Of a stretch of 64,000 bases of DNA, positions 50,844-61,286 are shown piece by piece. The stretch's first letter is position 1. Every line of letters begins with the position of its first letter. The position numbers and the translations under genes were made by a program. The notes beneath the pieces were generated by a model that saw only the letters and a list, made by a program, of their open reading frames with translations, searched no databases and was not told the origin of the DNA. The DNA lies in contig CBDDIJ010000002.1 of NCBI GenBank assembly GCA_965228855.1, forward strand, positions 2,144,001-2,208,000. Direction: 5' to 3'. The stretch comes from Candidatus Obscuribacterales bacterium (GTDB lineage: Bacteria > Cyanobacteriota > Vampirovibrionia > Obscuribacterales > Obscuribacteraceae).

Positions 50844-50913
50844 GGTTCTTTGCATCACGTGGATTTCTTAGCATCACCTATTAGTTGTCCCTGACGCTCA
50901 GAGCAGTTTGGCG

Positions 50914-51609
50914 TCAAACAGTCTTGATGCATTCAAGTAACGCCAATTGAACCGCTTCTTGCAAAATCGCGAGCTCATCGGCTTTTGTTTGCTTTTTCGC
51001 GTGTTTTTTCAGCGTTGCCAGTTTCGGTTTAATTTCCGACTTTGAGATGGTTTCCGCAAAGTCTTTTGGTAAAGGAACGTGGACAAAAAGCGCTGCCTTC
51101 ACTCGCTTATTCTCGCTCTGGTGGCTCAAGGTCCTGAAGTAGATGTCGTTACACACGAAGGTTCCGGCATGATTAGAGACCTCACACGGCACGCCTTGCT
51201 TGGTAAGCGCTTTCTTAATCTTATCGACCGGCACTGTTGTAAATAGAGCGTTCTGCGCGTTTGCTTCAATTTTTTGCGCTTCATGCTGATGACCATTATT
51301 GTCTTTGATCCGATAATCACGCAGATTTAGAGCGACTCTTTCCAATGAGACCGCCTTGCGCCCTTCTGCGAGCCCTGCAACCAGTACGATCAAGTCGTCG
51401 TCTTTGTATTTCTTTAGCGTTCGTTTTAGCGCTTTCCACGACTCCTTACAACAGGTTGGCAATAAGAGCTTTTCTACAGGCACTTGCTGTTTCGCCTTTA
51501 CCGAAATAACATCTGGAAACATTGCCGCCAATTCGCCACTTGGATTGAAATCCGCACCAGCAAAGGGATCGAAGCCTGCCACGATGCAGCGCAGTTGTCG
51601 CTTTTTCAT
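50914..51609 (-). CDS. pcp: Pyroglutamyl-peptidase I
   Basis: GFDPF, NPS, ERVALN, AGTFVCN, FVHVP. Confidence 0.92.
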   Translation of the reverse strand: MKKRQLRCIVAGFDPFAGADFNPSGELAAMFPDVISVKAKQQVPVEKLLLPTCCKESWKALKRTLKKYKDDDLIVLVAGLAEGRKAVSLERVALNLRDYRIKDNNGHQHEAQKIEANAQNALFTTVPVDKIKKALTKQGVPCEVSNHAGTFVCNDIYFRTLSHQSENKRVKAALFVHVPLPKDFAETISKSEIKPKLATLKKHAKKQTKADELAILQEAVQLALLECIKTV

Positions 51610-51702
51610 TTGTTTTTGGAGAAACCTAAATCAGTGTTTCGAACTTTCGCCAGTATAGGGCCAATGTCGAAACGTTGTTGTAGAATTGTCTATGCCTTCC
51701 GT

Positions 51703-51788
51703 GCCGAAGTGGCGAAACTGGCAGACGCAGTTGACTCAAAATCAACCGAGGCTAACACCTCGTGTGGGTTCGATTCCCTCCTTCGGCA
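51703..51788 (+). tRNA. tRNA-Leu(CAA), CCA not encoded
   Basis: GCCGAAG/CTTCGGC acceptor stem; gttga-ctCAAaa-tcaac anticodon arm; long variable arm; GGTTCGATTCC. Confidence 0.95.
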
Positions 51789-51800
51789 CTCTTCCACAAC

Positions 51801-52829
51801 TTAATCCATATCTTTGGCTTTCATTCTGACGAATGTTTGTACTTCGCAGCTTGGACGTGCTTTCCGAAATTCATTCAGAGCCATGTCCGAAAGATGTTTG
51901 CAATTGCCTACTTGCAGGATGGCAAGTGCCGGTATCTTCATTAGTTCTCGAAGTGATTCGTCCGTGATGTTCGAGTCGCTAATGTCGAGACGAGTTATTG
52001 TTTTGCATTTCGCAATTTCTCTAACCGCACTGTCGGTGATACCAACACCAGCTAGATAGAGGCAGTGAATGCCTTTGATTTTCGACAGCTTTGCAGCACC
52101 ATCTGCGGTTATTCGAGTGAAACCAACGTTAATAGAATTGATTTCCGGGAATTTTGAGAGAAACTGAACACACTTATCGTCGACAGTTTTTGAGTACATC
52201 AAGTCAATATTCTTGATGTGTGGGAACCTCTCACTCAAAGTTTTGATGCCCTTTTCCGTAACATCGCTGCCGCGCAAGGTAATCTCGATAAGTTCTTTCG
52301 GCGCGGTCAAATGCGCGACCGTATCGTCTGTGAGTCTGCTTGTGCTATCGTAGATATTCAACTTTCTGAGCGCGGGCAATTGCGAAAAGACATCCATCTC
52401 CGCAGCGGTGACGGTGCTGCTTGTTAGCAGCAACAGACTCACAGGTTGTGTTCTCAAACTCTCGAATCCTTCTGCTGTGACGTCTGAGTAATTGAGTTCG
52501 AGGGCATCGATTCGTTTCGTTCTAGATAGCTGGCGCAAGTCCTCATTTGTGACGGGGCCGTTTGCAGCCCAGCGATCTGTTTTTCTCGCAAAGCTTGCCG
52601 TGAGCTCCGCTGGAAATGGTGATTCGCTAACATGTTTTTTCGCAAGACTTTTGTAACTCTCCTGGATTGTTTTGTCTTGCGACGGATCGGACAGAAGAAC
52701 GAATATGGCGCCGACGCCGATGAGAAGCAGTACTAAAAAGATCAAGGCGCTAACGATTAGAACGGAGGGAATTCCCTCGCGCTCTCGGTTTGACCGTGAT
52801 TTATTGTGCTGGTCGTGGTCGGAATGCAC
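51801..52829 (-). CDS. Membrane-anchored leucine-rich repeat protein
   Basis: TM helix followed by LxxLxLxxxxITD repeats; start uncertain. Confidence 0.8.
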   Translation of the reverse strand: MHSDHDQHNKSRSNREREGIPSVLIVSALIFLVLLLIGVGAIFVLLSDPSQDKTIQESYKSLAKKHVSESPFPAELTASFARKTDRWAANGPVTNEDLRQLSRTKRIDALELNYSDVTAEGFESLRTQPVSLLLLTSSTVTAAEMDVFSQLPALRKLNIYDSTSRLTDDTVAHLTAPKELIEITLRGSDVTEKGIKTLSERFPHIKNIDLMYSKTVDDKCVQFLSKFPEINSINVGFTRITADGAAKLSKIKGIHCLYLAGVGITDSAVREIAKCKTITRLDISDSNITDESLRELMKIPALAILQVGNCKHLSDMALNEFRKARPSCEVQTFVRMKAKDMD

Positions 52830-52938
52830 TGCGAATTGTTGATGTTGAGGCTGATATGACTATTCTATGGTTTATTGCCTGGTCTTTGGGAATAATACAG
52901 GTATTAGTATTGATGCTTTTTGATAAACCTTACCAATT

Positions 52939-54369
52939 ATGACTTCGGACGATATCCCGCGCCTTCGGCAGGCGCTCAAGTTACAAGCATATAAATTTGG
53001 TGCCACCAGTCGCGAAGCTGGAAAAGCTTATTACGAGCTGGGTGAAGGTTACTCGCAAATCGACGATTTCGACAATGCAGAAAGCAATCTAACCAAAGCC
53101 GTAGAAATTTTTGAGCGCCTCGGTTTAAGAAAAGAACTTGAGTCTGCGGTCCAACTTCTCGATGACATCAAGTTTTATCGGACTGGAGACGTGCCGGAGG
53201 GCAACATCGAAGCCCTCACCTTGAGTCATTTCAACATTCCTGTTTACACCAAAGAAAATGTCGAACGGGAGGAAACCAAGTCCGGTTCTTATGTTAATGA
53301 CGTAAAGTCGTTTCTCACCGAAGACGCAGTAGATGCTCCTGCTGCAAAAAATTCCGTTGCGGATCTCGATGCTGTAGGCGGTGGTGCAGGTGAAACCGCA
53401 GCAGAGCCCCCGCATCCGGTTGTTCAAATGTCGGCGGAAGAACGGAAGAAACAGCAGGAAGCAAAAGCGCTTGATGAAGCGATTGCCACCACATCGATAG
53501 AAGTGGCTCAACTTAAGCAAAAGGGCTCACGCAATACAAATCAATTAGCAGATCTGCTCGTTGATTTAGCTGCGTTGTATTCCAAGAAAAACCAAATGCG
53601 TCAGATGGAAAGCGCTCTGGTCGAGGCGCTCAACATACGCGAAGTTGTTTATGGCAAAAACCATTTGAGTGTTTCAAACGATTTGAAAAATCTTGGCCGC
53701 GTATACTTCGCGATGGAAAGCTTTGATGCGGCCGAGAAGTCGTGGAAGCGAGCGCTTGAGATTCGGCAGGCGCAGCTCGGTCCATTCCATCCGCAAGTGG
53801 CTGATGTCGCGGATTTATACTCCAAACTGTTGCGTAAACTCGGCAAAGATGAAGACGCCGACGACCTCGATAAGCAAGTCGAGGAAAGCCGCACGCGCCA
53901 CCAATCCGATTGGGATGCATATCGAAAGACCGCTCTGAAAGCGATGGAAATGGACAACTATTTCTACGCTCAAGCCTTATGGTTAGCCGCAATGGACGAA
54001 GCTAGCGTTTTTGAGGATGAAGATCCTCGCGTGTTGACTACGTTGGAAAACCTTGCGCACGTTTATTGGAAGCGTGGACGCTATGCTAAAGCCGAGCCGC
54101 TTTGCATGCGCATCTTCAAGATATCAGAGAAGCTTCTCGGCAAAGAACATCTGGATTGCGCGCGCGCCGCAAATAATCTCGCGCTCGTTTGCGAACGTCA
54201 GGGTAAATACACAGAAGCTGCGGTTTTGTACCAGGAAGTACTCCGCGTGATGGAGGCGACTCTCGGGCAAGATCACGCCGACGTGATTTCTACAAAAGAG
54301 TCTCACGCTAACGCGATCCGCGAGTCTCATAAACAGCTCGAACAGAAGCTGCAAAAATCCAACTTCTAA
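52939..54369 (+). CDS. Tetratricopeptide repeat protein (kinesin light chain-like)
   Basis: Repeats such as L.NLA.VY...G.Y..AE.L...L and LG..HP. Confidence 0.85.
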   Translation: MTSDDIPRLRQALKLQAYKFGATSREAGKAYYELGEGYSQIDDFDNAESNLTKAVEIFERLGLRKELESAVQLLDDIKFYRTGDVPEGNIEALTLSHFNIPVYTKENVEREETKSGSYVNDVKSFLTEDAVDAPAAKNSVADLDAVGGGAGETAAEPPHPVVQMSAEERKKQQEAKALDEAIATTSIEVAQLKQKGSRNTNQLADLLVDLAALYSKKNQMRQMESALVEALNIREVVYGKNHLSVSNDLKNLGRVYFAMESFDAAEKSWKRALEIRQAQLGPFHPQVADVADLYSKLLRKLGKDEDADDLDKQVEESRTRHQSDWDAYRKTALKAMEMDNYFYAQALWLAAMDEASVFEDEDPRVLTTLENLAHVYWKRGRYAKAEPLCMRIFKISEKLLGKEHLDCARAANNLALVCERQGKYTEAAVLYQEVLRVMEATLGQDHADVISTKESHANAIRESHKQLEQKLQKSNF

Positions 54370-54473
54370 GTCCGGGAATCAGGCTACTAAACTACAAATC
54401 CGGCAACTAAAACCGGACTTTTGCTAGCCGTCTGTCGTATTATGTAAACCTCTTATTGGGGACTGCAAAGACA

Positions 54474-55355
54474 ATGGCGGATGAACAAGGCTGGTCTCAG
54501 CTCGAACTAACTGTACCTAGCCGGCACGAAGACATGGCCTCTTGGGTGTTGGTTCAAGGTGGTGCGCTCGGATGCGAAGTGTTGCCGCATAGCGAAGAGC
54601 AGGTGGTAATCCGTGCCTCGTTTGATAAGCACGTTCTCGACCAGGAAAAACTGCAAAACCTCGCCGCGTTGCTTGAAGAATATGGACTGAGCGACACCCT
54701 TCGCTCGCTCAAAGTTTCAGACATTCCAAAGGAAGACTGGCTTGCGAAGTGGAAAGAAGGATTCGAACCGTTTCGTGTGGGCACCAAATTTGTTGTTTGT
54801 CCCTTGTGGAGAAAAGACGATCTCAGTCCGGAAATTTCTGAAGGACGGAACGTCATTTTCATTGAGCCGGGCATGGCTTTCGGTACGGGTCTTCATACGA
54901 CGACGCAGTTCTGCTTGCGAGCGCTCGAAGCTTATAAACCGGAAGGGAATGTTCTGGACGTCGGCACAGGAAGCGGTATACTCGCAATCGCGTGCAAGAT
55001 GGTGAACCCTGATGCAAACGTCATAGGCGTCGACACGGACCCGCTATCCATCGAAGCTGCGGAAACCGATCTCAAAGTCAACAACCTCGAAGGCAAAGTC
55101 GATTTACGTTTAGGTTCAACCGAAACAGTAGCAGACATGCAGTTCGACATGATTTTGTCGAACCTCACCTGCGAAGACATTATCGCGCTTCTGCCGGACT
55201 ATGTGCGAATGCTAAAACCAGGCGCGAAGGTCATAGGCGCCGGAATTTTGAAAGAGAAGCTCGAGATGCTGAAGGGGGCGATCAGTCGCTATCCGGTGAA
55301 CATCGAGCACGCAGAGACCCTGGGGAACTGGGTCGGCATTGTCTTGCAACGCTAG
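54474..55355 (+). CDS. prmA: Ribosomal protein L11 methyltransferase
   Basis: EDWLAKWK, IEPGMAFGTGLH.TT, LDVGTGSGILAI. Confidence 0.93.
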   Translation: MADEQGWSQLELTVPSRHEDMASWVLVQGGALGCEVLPHSEEQVVIRASFDKHVLDQEKLQNLAALLEEYGLSDTLRSLKVSDIPKEDWLAKWKEGFEPFRVGTKFVVCPLWRKDDLSPEISEGRNVIFIEPGMAFGTGLHTTTQFCLRALEAYKPEGNVLDVGTGSGILAIACKMVNPDANVIGVDTDPLSIEAAETDLKVNNLEGKVDLRLGSTETVADMQFDMILSNLTCEDIIALLPDYVRMLKPGAKVIGAGILKEKLEMLKGAISRYPVNIEHAETLGNWVGIVLQR

Positions 55356-55556
55356 GTAGCGGCTGGCGCGAGCGGTTTGATATCAGAGGATTGATGGCGC
55401 AGGCGGCGCATCCTCAGGTTCGATTTCATCTCATCTTAAGGTTTGGTGGGAACTTATAGCGCTCTGATATAATCTGTATTAGTATGGATTGAGGCGGCGA
55501 AACGGCTGTCATTGCACACTGACAATTGAAGAGATGCGCAGTAAAACCCATTACAT

Positions 55557-55945
55557 GGGGGCGTTTAGTTTCGACAGGGTTGTTGATTCGTAAGCTGCAA
55601 GTCGAGAGTGCTGTTCTCTCGTAAAACAACAAGCAAACAAAAATAAATGCAAATGACAACGTCATTGCCGGCAATTTCGGTGGTCGCGCTCTGCGCGCCG
55701 CTGCCTAACTCTCTAAGTTAGTTTGCCACTCTGCGGAGACTTGATTACCCGTTTCCGTTAGGGTCAACCACGGTGATTGCTCTTGAGCGAAATTAGCGAT
55801 TGCTAGCTCAAGCTAAGACATAATCGCGAACCCGGTTGGCTGTTCGAGCCTCTTTCAGCGGTTCTGAGAGAATTTCGAACTAAACTTGTAGTGGCTTGCC
55901 TCTCGGCGATTTTGGACGCGAGTGCGATTCTCGCCGCCTCCACCA
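55557..55945 (+). ncRNA. ssrA: tmRNA; tag reading frame 55649-55708 encodes ANDNVIAGNFGGRALRAAA*
   Basis: 5' GGGGGCG..TTCGAC; 3' CGCCTCCACCA; resume context AAATAAAT-GCA; tag ends in AA. Confidence 0.95.
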
Positions 55946-56161
55946 TTTTTCCTATTTAGAACAGGCTTCAAAGCGTCACAGGCTCACGCTTTCGTGTATT
56001 CGCGTTTTTGCGTTTGCATGCAAGTGTGGCCCCTTTTGTGGCCCGTCAATTTATTTTTGGGAACTGAAATCACCCGGTTTTAGTAAGGAATTTTGGGGTG
56101 GTTTCGACCTTTGGAGCGTTCTATACTGGGTGCCTATCGTTATGCACTCGGAACATGCGCG

Positions 56162-57298
56162 ATGCCGGAGCTTCCTTTTCCAATCAAATCGTCGTCATTG
56201 ACGTATGAACCTTACCAGCTCTCGGGCGAATCGTTTTTCTTTTGGCTATGGCGAGTTGAAATTGACGGAAAGTTGTTCTCGAAAACGATGTCACCGATTC
56301 AAGCGTCAGACGCCCGAGTTGAACGATATGGTTGCACTCATTGTGGTGTTGCAGGCGATGGCACTGGGTTTTATGCAGTTCGTCGCCTAAGAGACCGAGT
56401 GCTCTGGATTTATGAAGAGCTTTTGGACTCCGGAACGGTTCGAGAGTTCGAAAACTTGCCAGAATCGTATGTGTTTGATGGCGATGAGTACGACAAAGCG
56501 CTCGGCGGTGGAAACGTCGCTGAATTGCCGGAGCTAACGTCAGCTGAGATGAGGGCATTGATAATTCGCTATCTTCCTCCTGCGTCGCTGGCGTTGTACT
56601 TGGACCCGGAAACTTCTGATGATCCGCGTGGGAGCGAATTGTTGATGCGCGTCCACAAGGTACTTTCTGGTGATGTGGAATTAACAGAAGCGCGAGAGTA
56701 TCCACAGAGGTTTATCGGGATAATCGTCGGTTTGGATTTAGCGGGAGAGCCAGAGTGCAGCTGGTTTATTGGAACAAGTGCTGAAGGCTTGTGTGTGATG
56801 TTTGCAGCATTTCCTAAACTGCCATGCTGGATTTGTTGTGAACAGATTGCCGCGGTGTTGGATGTGCCGGCATTTAAAGAGAGGCTCAGGTTGGTCAATA
56901 AGCCGGCGATTTCGGATATAGAGATTTGGGAATTCTTGCGCGCGATTGAATCTGGGAGCGTGGTATTGACGCCCGACGGACACCGAGAACCCCAGTTAAT
57001 ATACGCCGGTGATGTTCCCTATCGGGCAAGTAACGGCTGGAGCATTGTTATCTTCAATGATGCAAACGAATGGGATTATATTGATGAGATCGTGACTTCA
57101 GATGGTCGTCGGATTTCGTACGACGAAATCGCTGACTCGTTCCCTGATATCGATAACTACGAACCAACCAATGAAATCAGTTGGTTGAGATATCGCATTC
57201 CAGGTTATATAAGCTTTCGTTGTTCCGTTTGCGACCTTCAACTTAAAGGCAGTGGAGCACTGGAAAAACACAGGCTTGAGTGTCGCGCTCAAGCGTAG
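56162..57298 (+). CDS. Hypothetical island protein, possibly a fusion of two domains
   Basis: Long ORF; ATG at 56162; 3' end overlaps the integrase 3' end. Confidence 0.6.
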   Translation: MPELPFPIKSSSLTYEPYQLSGESFFFWLWRVEIDGKLFSKTMSPIQASDARVERYGCTHCGVAGDGTGFYAVRRLRDRVLWIYEELLDSGTVREFENLPESYVFDGDEYDKALGGGNVAELPELTSAEMRALIIRYLPPASLALYLDPETSDDPRGSELLMRVHKVLSGDVELTEAREYPQRFIGIIVGLDLAGEPECSWFIGTSAEGLCVMFAAFPKLPCWICCEQIAAVLDVPAFKERLRLVNKPAISDIEIWEFLRAIESGSVVLTPDGHREPQLIYAGDVPYRASNGWSIVIFNDANEWDYIDEIVTSDGRRISYDEIADSFPDIDNYEPTNEISWLRYRIPGYISFRCSVCDLQLKGSGALEKHRLECRAQA

Positions 57299-58404
57299 TC
57301 TTGTCCACTCTTAAATGCGCTAGAGCAGAGCAGCGTTTCGAGACGGGATTCATTTTCTTTCGACGTGTCTTTGATGAATCGGGCATAGTGTTTGAACGTC
57401 GTTTGCAATGTCGAGTGGCCCAAGGTATTTGCTAACCAACCGGGTGTCACGCCACTTTCAAGACATAGCGACGCAAACGTATGTCGCAACTGATAAGAGG
57501 GACGATGACGCAATCCGGCTTTCTTAAGCGCTGTTCGCCAAACATGATCAAGGTGTTTGTCTATCGGCTGGCCGCTCTTAGTTGTGAACACGTAACCATC
57601 GAGGTTTGCAGTGCCACTTTGTTTTGTTCGCTCTAGTGCATCGCGAACAACAGATAGCATTGGAACCATTCTCGAACTCGATGCTGTCTTCGGAAGATCT
57701 CAGCGCCTCGCACTCGACCCTTGTTTATTCGAATTTCGCCACGCCTGAAATCGACGTCTTTCCAGCGCAATGCGAATAACTCGTTTGGCCTTGCTCCTGT
57801 CCATGCGAGACAGGTAAAGAGCGGCCGATAGTGCGGGACGATTTTCGATAATGCCAGGTCTAATTCTTCTTTGCTAAGCGGATCGATTTCCGGCTGCTTT
57901 TCCGTGAGTTGACGAATTCCTACTGTTGGATTTTCTGTGATCAGTTTTCGACGTAGGCACACTTTCATGATGTAACGCAGCAATCCCATGATGTTGTTCG
58001 TTCTCACTGCGGAGACATTCTTCGATACATCTGCTTGAAAGCGGGCTACATCTTCTTCCGTGATATCGCATACTTCCATCTTGCCGAACGCAGGCAGCAA
58101 GTAATTCTTCAGCACTTCGCGATAGCCTCGTAATGTGCTGTACTTCAAACTTGCTCTTTCCGCAAGGTAATCTTCTGCTACTTCTGAAAATGTCTTGCGT
58201 GTCTTCGGCTTGGTGAATTCGGCCAGTCCGGACCAATCATTGGTGGCATTCGCAACTGCGCGGATGCTTCAAGATTTCTGCTAGCGCAAGCTCCGCAGCC
58301 TTGCGGTCGCGGCCGAAAGATTTCACTCGGCGCCGGCCATTGACCTTTACCGAGATGTACCAATTGTTACCACGTTTCCAAATACCATCTTTGACGCCTG
58401 CCAT
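57289..58404 (-). pseudogene. Tyrosine integrase with two frameshifts (~58262 and ~57698)
   Basis: RBS GGAGG before MAGVKDGIWKRG; TFSEVAEDYL; TGARPNELFALRW; LPKT; YQLRHTFAS; LGH; HY. Motifs are split over three reading segments. Confidence 0.88.
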
Positions 58405-58982
58405 GGATTCTTCCTCCGGCGCGCGATTTGACGAGGCACTATATACGGTGCTTTAATGATCGCACATTTGACGAGTATTTACTAGTTAGAAAATCAGCAT
58501 CAGGACTTGATGCTAGCTAATGCAAGGTGTGTCAGTCGGTTAGCGGTAGACGAAATTTCGAGCAATGTCATCGGGATCAAGTTTGTTGATCGTGTTTGCT
58601 TGAATGAAGTCGTTCATTGCATCTGTTGAGATGAGAACACGACGGTTGATTTTGACGAATGATATTTGACGGGAGTTGATGAGGCGCCACATTAATCATC
58701 GAACAGTTGGCAAAGTCTTCCTTTGCACGTTCCAATGCATGCCATACATGAGCCATGCGCCAGCCCTTCGAAGAACTAAGGATTTTCCCTAGAGACAAAA
58801 ACTCAACATCCAGATGACAATTAAAATATCAACTGCGCAGCCCAAGCGCGATATGTTGATAATCATTCCTCTTCTTTTCTGATCGCCGAAATTTCTTCCG
58901 GCGATTTTTTTGTTCACAAATGTCGCACCAAACTGCGGCCAATAATCTCGCTTCGATGATTCATCGCGGCAAGGAGATCACC

Positions 58983-59156
58983 ATGTCTGAATCACTTCCA
59001 AAGCTTCATTCAGTAGCCGAAGCAGCCGACCATCTCGGCGTGGTTCCAGAATTGAGCTGCGATTGCGAGGCGTATGTATGCCTTTCGAGCTTTTTGAGCA
59101 TTGCTCTTTATCTTGCCTTACCGAATGGTGTGCCACCATCGGCTCGGCGCTCGTAA
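58983..59156 (+). pseudogene. Truncated excisionase-like HTH remnant
   Basis: RBS AAGGAG; MSESLPKLHSVAEAADHLGV, after which the HTH pattern is lost. Confidence 0.5.
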
Positions 59157-59166
59157 TTACTCGCGA

Positions 59167-59946
59167 TCAATTCTGTTTCGCTGATTCAATCTCGTTACGA
59201 AGCTTCAATGAACGAGCGGAAAAGTCCTTCGCTTCCTTCGAACGGCCTGCTTTGTCGAGTGTCTTCGAAAAGCTTTCGTACAAGCTAATGGTTGTTGATG
59301 CAGCTACGGGACTCTTGTCGGATATTTCTACTGCACGGGAAAATGTTTTGATAGATTCATCGAACTTCTTGTCGCTGTCGTACACTTGGGCCAATTCAAA
59401 AAGAGGAGAAACGAGAAACGGGCTTTGCCTTCCTTCTTGGCGCTCGACGTTTGCTATTCCCACCAGATACTCCTTTTCCGCTTCAGAGAGTTTGTTCTGT
59501 TTGGACAAGGCGTCTGCCAGGTCGAATTCGGATCTGTTGTAGATGGAGTGCTCGACCAATCCGTCAGCTTCCGCTTTGACAAGGCGGCGATATATACCTT
59601 CGGCGGAACTCCAGTCCGAATTTGATTCAGCAACTCGAGCTTCATTCTTCAGTTGCTGCCATTCACCGAGGCGGGGGTGCATCAGTGTGTAAGGAAGGCG
59701 TCCAAGTATCAGCATAGGAAGCTGCACAATTGCCAACAGCATGAACAACCACGAAGCGTATCGGATAGGCCTAGTCGTTGCTTTCCAAATGGAGACTGCT
59801 AGCGATGTTGCAATTACAAGCAAAGCGCTCGCCGTTGGCACAACCCATAGGTAGGCGCCATAATCGACAAATGTTACGTTGTTGAGCAAGGAGCCTAGCA
59901 ACGAAAACACAATTACGAGAGTGAGAATAATGATCTCGCGCTTCAT
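59167..59946 (-). CDS. Membrane protein with TPR domain
   Basis: Three TM helices followed by TPR-like repeats; ATGA coupling to the upstream gene. Confidence 0.7.
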   Translation of the reverse strand: MKREIIILTLVIVFSLLGSLLNNVTFVDYGAYLWVVPTASALLVIATSLAVSIWKATTRPIRYASWLFMLLAIVQLPMLILGRLPYTLMHPRLGEWQQLKNEARVAESNSDWSSAEGIYRRLVKAEADGLVEHSIYNRSEFDLADALSKQNKLSEAEKEYLVGIANVERQEGRQSPFLVSPLFELAQVYDSDKKFDESIKTFSRAVEISDKSPVAASTTISLYESFSKTLDKAGRSKEAKDFSARSLKLRNEIESAKQN

Positions 59947-60695
59947 GATCGCCGCTCGTTTGCTGCTGAAAGCCATTGCGCTTTGCTCATGAGTTGTCCG
60001 TTCATCACCCAATATGTTTTGCCCGCCTCTGGCGCTTCGCCGAAGGTGTGGAGCATGTCAGCGAACGCTACGGCATCGGCATTTAATACGATCAATTTCA
60101 ATTTAGAGTTAGCCACATTTTTTAACTCCTTTACGAGCGTCCGGAGCGCTACGACAGCTTGTGCTCTGTTCACGTGGTAAAGAATTACGGCGGCGAAATG
60201 AAGATTGCTTATCTCGATGCAATCCAGGTCGTTTATTGTCAATTGATCTACTGGGAAGTCGCCGCAGTTTTTTATCACGGATAGCTTGAACTCGCTGTCC
60301 TGAAGGAATTCTGGTACTTGCAAGTCATCCAAAGTCGAAAATTCTCGAACTCGATTCCAGAGCAATTTTCTTAGAGGTCCGTTGTAATAGCCGCGGTCAC
60401 TGTGTATTAGAACTCCGGCCCTAACCCAGAACGCTTCACCCCAGCCGCCAGAGCTGGGGAAAGGTCCATACACTTTTTGGAAATCTTGATATTGAATGTT
60501 GTCCGTGTCGAGAATGATGATCTTCCAGGTGTCGTCCAGCATTCTGCCCGCCGTCATGAGATTATTCAAAGATGCCTTAGAATAGCCGCTCCAATTGGCG
60601 CGTATGAACACCACGGCGTTTTGCAGTGTGTGCGGATCAGGAAATCCTTCACTGATTTCAATGACGCGTGATTGGTCAAGCTCTGGAGTGGACAT
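59943..60695 (-). CDS. Hypothetical protein with tandem thioredoxin-like duplication lacking CxxC
   Basis: VVFIRANWSGYS..IIILDTD..FWVRAGVL is echoed by LIVLNAD..YWVMNGQL. Confidence 0.55.
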   Translation of the reverse strand: MSTPELDQSRVIEISEGFPDPHTLQNAVVFIRANWSGYSKASLNNLMTAGRMLDDTWKIIILDTDNIQYQDFQKVYGPFPSSGGWGEAFWVRAGVLIHSDRGYYNGPLRKLLWNRVREFSTLDDLQVPEFLQDSEFKLSVIKNCGDFPVDQLTINDLDCIEISNLHFAAVILYHVNRAQAVVALRTLVKELKNVANSKLKLIVLNADAVAFADMLHTFGEAPEAGKTYWVMNGQLMSKAQWLSAANERRS

Positions 60696-60760
60696 TGTTC
60701 TTTTCCCTTGGCAATGTCTTGTCTATTCTTGCATTACCTAATTGATTCTGGTCAAGTCTG

Positions 60761-60807
60761 TTGCATTTATTGCATCTATTGCATTTATTGCGCTTGTTCC
60801 GTATAAT
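60761..60807 (+). promoter_or_regulatory. Sigma70-type promoter of the TA operon with overlapping 9-bp direct repeats
   Basis: TTGCAT (60779)-17 bp-TATAAT (60802); TTGCATYTA x3 plus TTGC. Confidence 0.7.
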
Positions 60808-60827
60808 AGGCGTGGGAGGAACCACAC

Positions 60828-61274
60828 ATGGCAACCGTTCTGGATCGACCGTTTATTCCAAGCAAGGCTGAGGCAGCTCAGGCTAAAGAAACATTCGAGC
60901 AGCTGCAAGCTGATAAATCCAATAAACACTTCATTCTAGGCGCTCAGAGTGGGCAGCGGGCTGCAATTCCGGAGAGCGTTTTCAAACTCGTTGTTGCGCT
61001 TCTGGGTGAAATTTCCCAGGGCAATGCTGTTGTAGTCATGCCAATGCGGGCGGAGTTGACGACTGTTGAGGCTGCAGATTTTTTGAACGTCTCGCGCCCG
61101 CACCTAATCAAGCTTCTGGAGCAGGGAGACCTGGACTACCGCATGGTCGGCAGGCATCGCCGCATTCTCTTTGAAGATCTTCTGAAATACAAGGAGCAGA
61201 CGAAGCGGCGGCGTCTTAAGGCTATCGCTGAAATTACGGCAGAGGATGACGCTCTGTTCGGGCTTCAGGACTGA
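60828..61274 (+). CDS. Excisionase-family HTH (HTH_17) protein, putative antitoxin
   Basis: ELTTVEAADFLNVSRPHLIKLLEQG....MVGRHRRI; directly upstream of a PIN gene. Confidence 0.85.
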   Translation: MATVLDRPFIPSKAEAAQAKETFEQLQADKSNKHFILGAQSGQRAAIPESVFKLVVALLGEISQGNAVVVMPMRAELTTVEAADFLNVSRPHLIKLLEQGDLDYRMVGRHRRILFEDLLKYKEQTKRRRLKAIAEITAEDDALFGLQD

Positions 61275-61286
61275 TGAGTCAGACCT

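Noticed and set aside
51703..51800. Island integration at tRNA-Leu
   Set aside because: No duplicate of the tRNA 3' end and no adjacent integrase were seen
55356..55430. tRNA-like element upstream of ssrA (contains GGTTCGAT and a gagga/tcctc stem)
   Set aside because: No acceptor stem or cloverleaf could be built
57633..58363. Programmed frameshifting or a split multi-gene integrase
   Set aside because: There are two independent breaks with no obvious slippery sequence; decay or sequencing error is simpler
58577..58798. 73 aa minus-strand ORF in island 1
   Set aside because: No recognisable motif or clear RBS; probably a gene remnant
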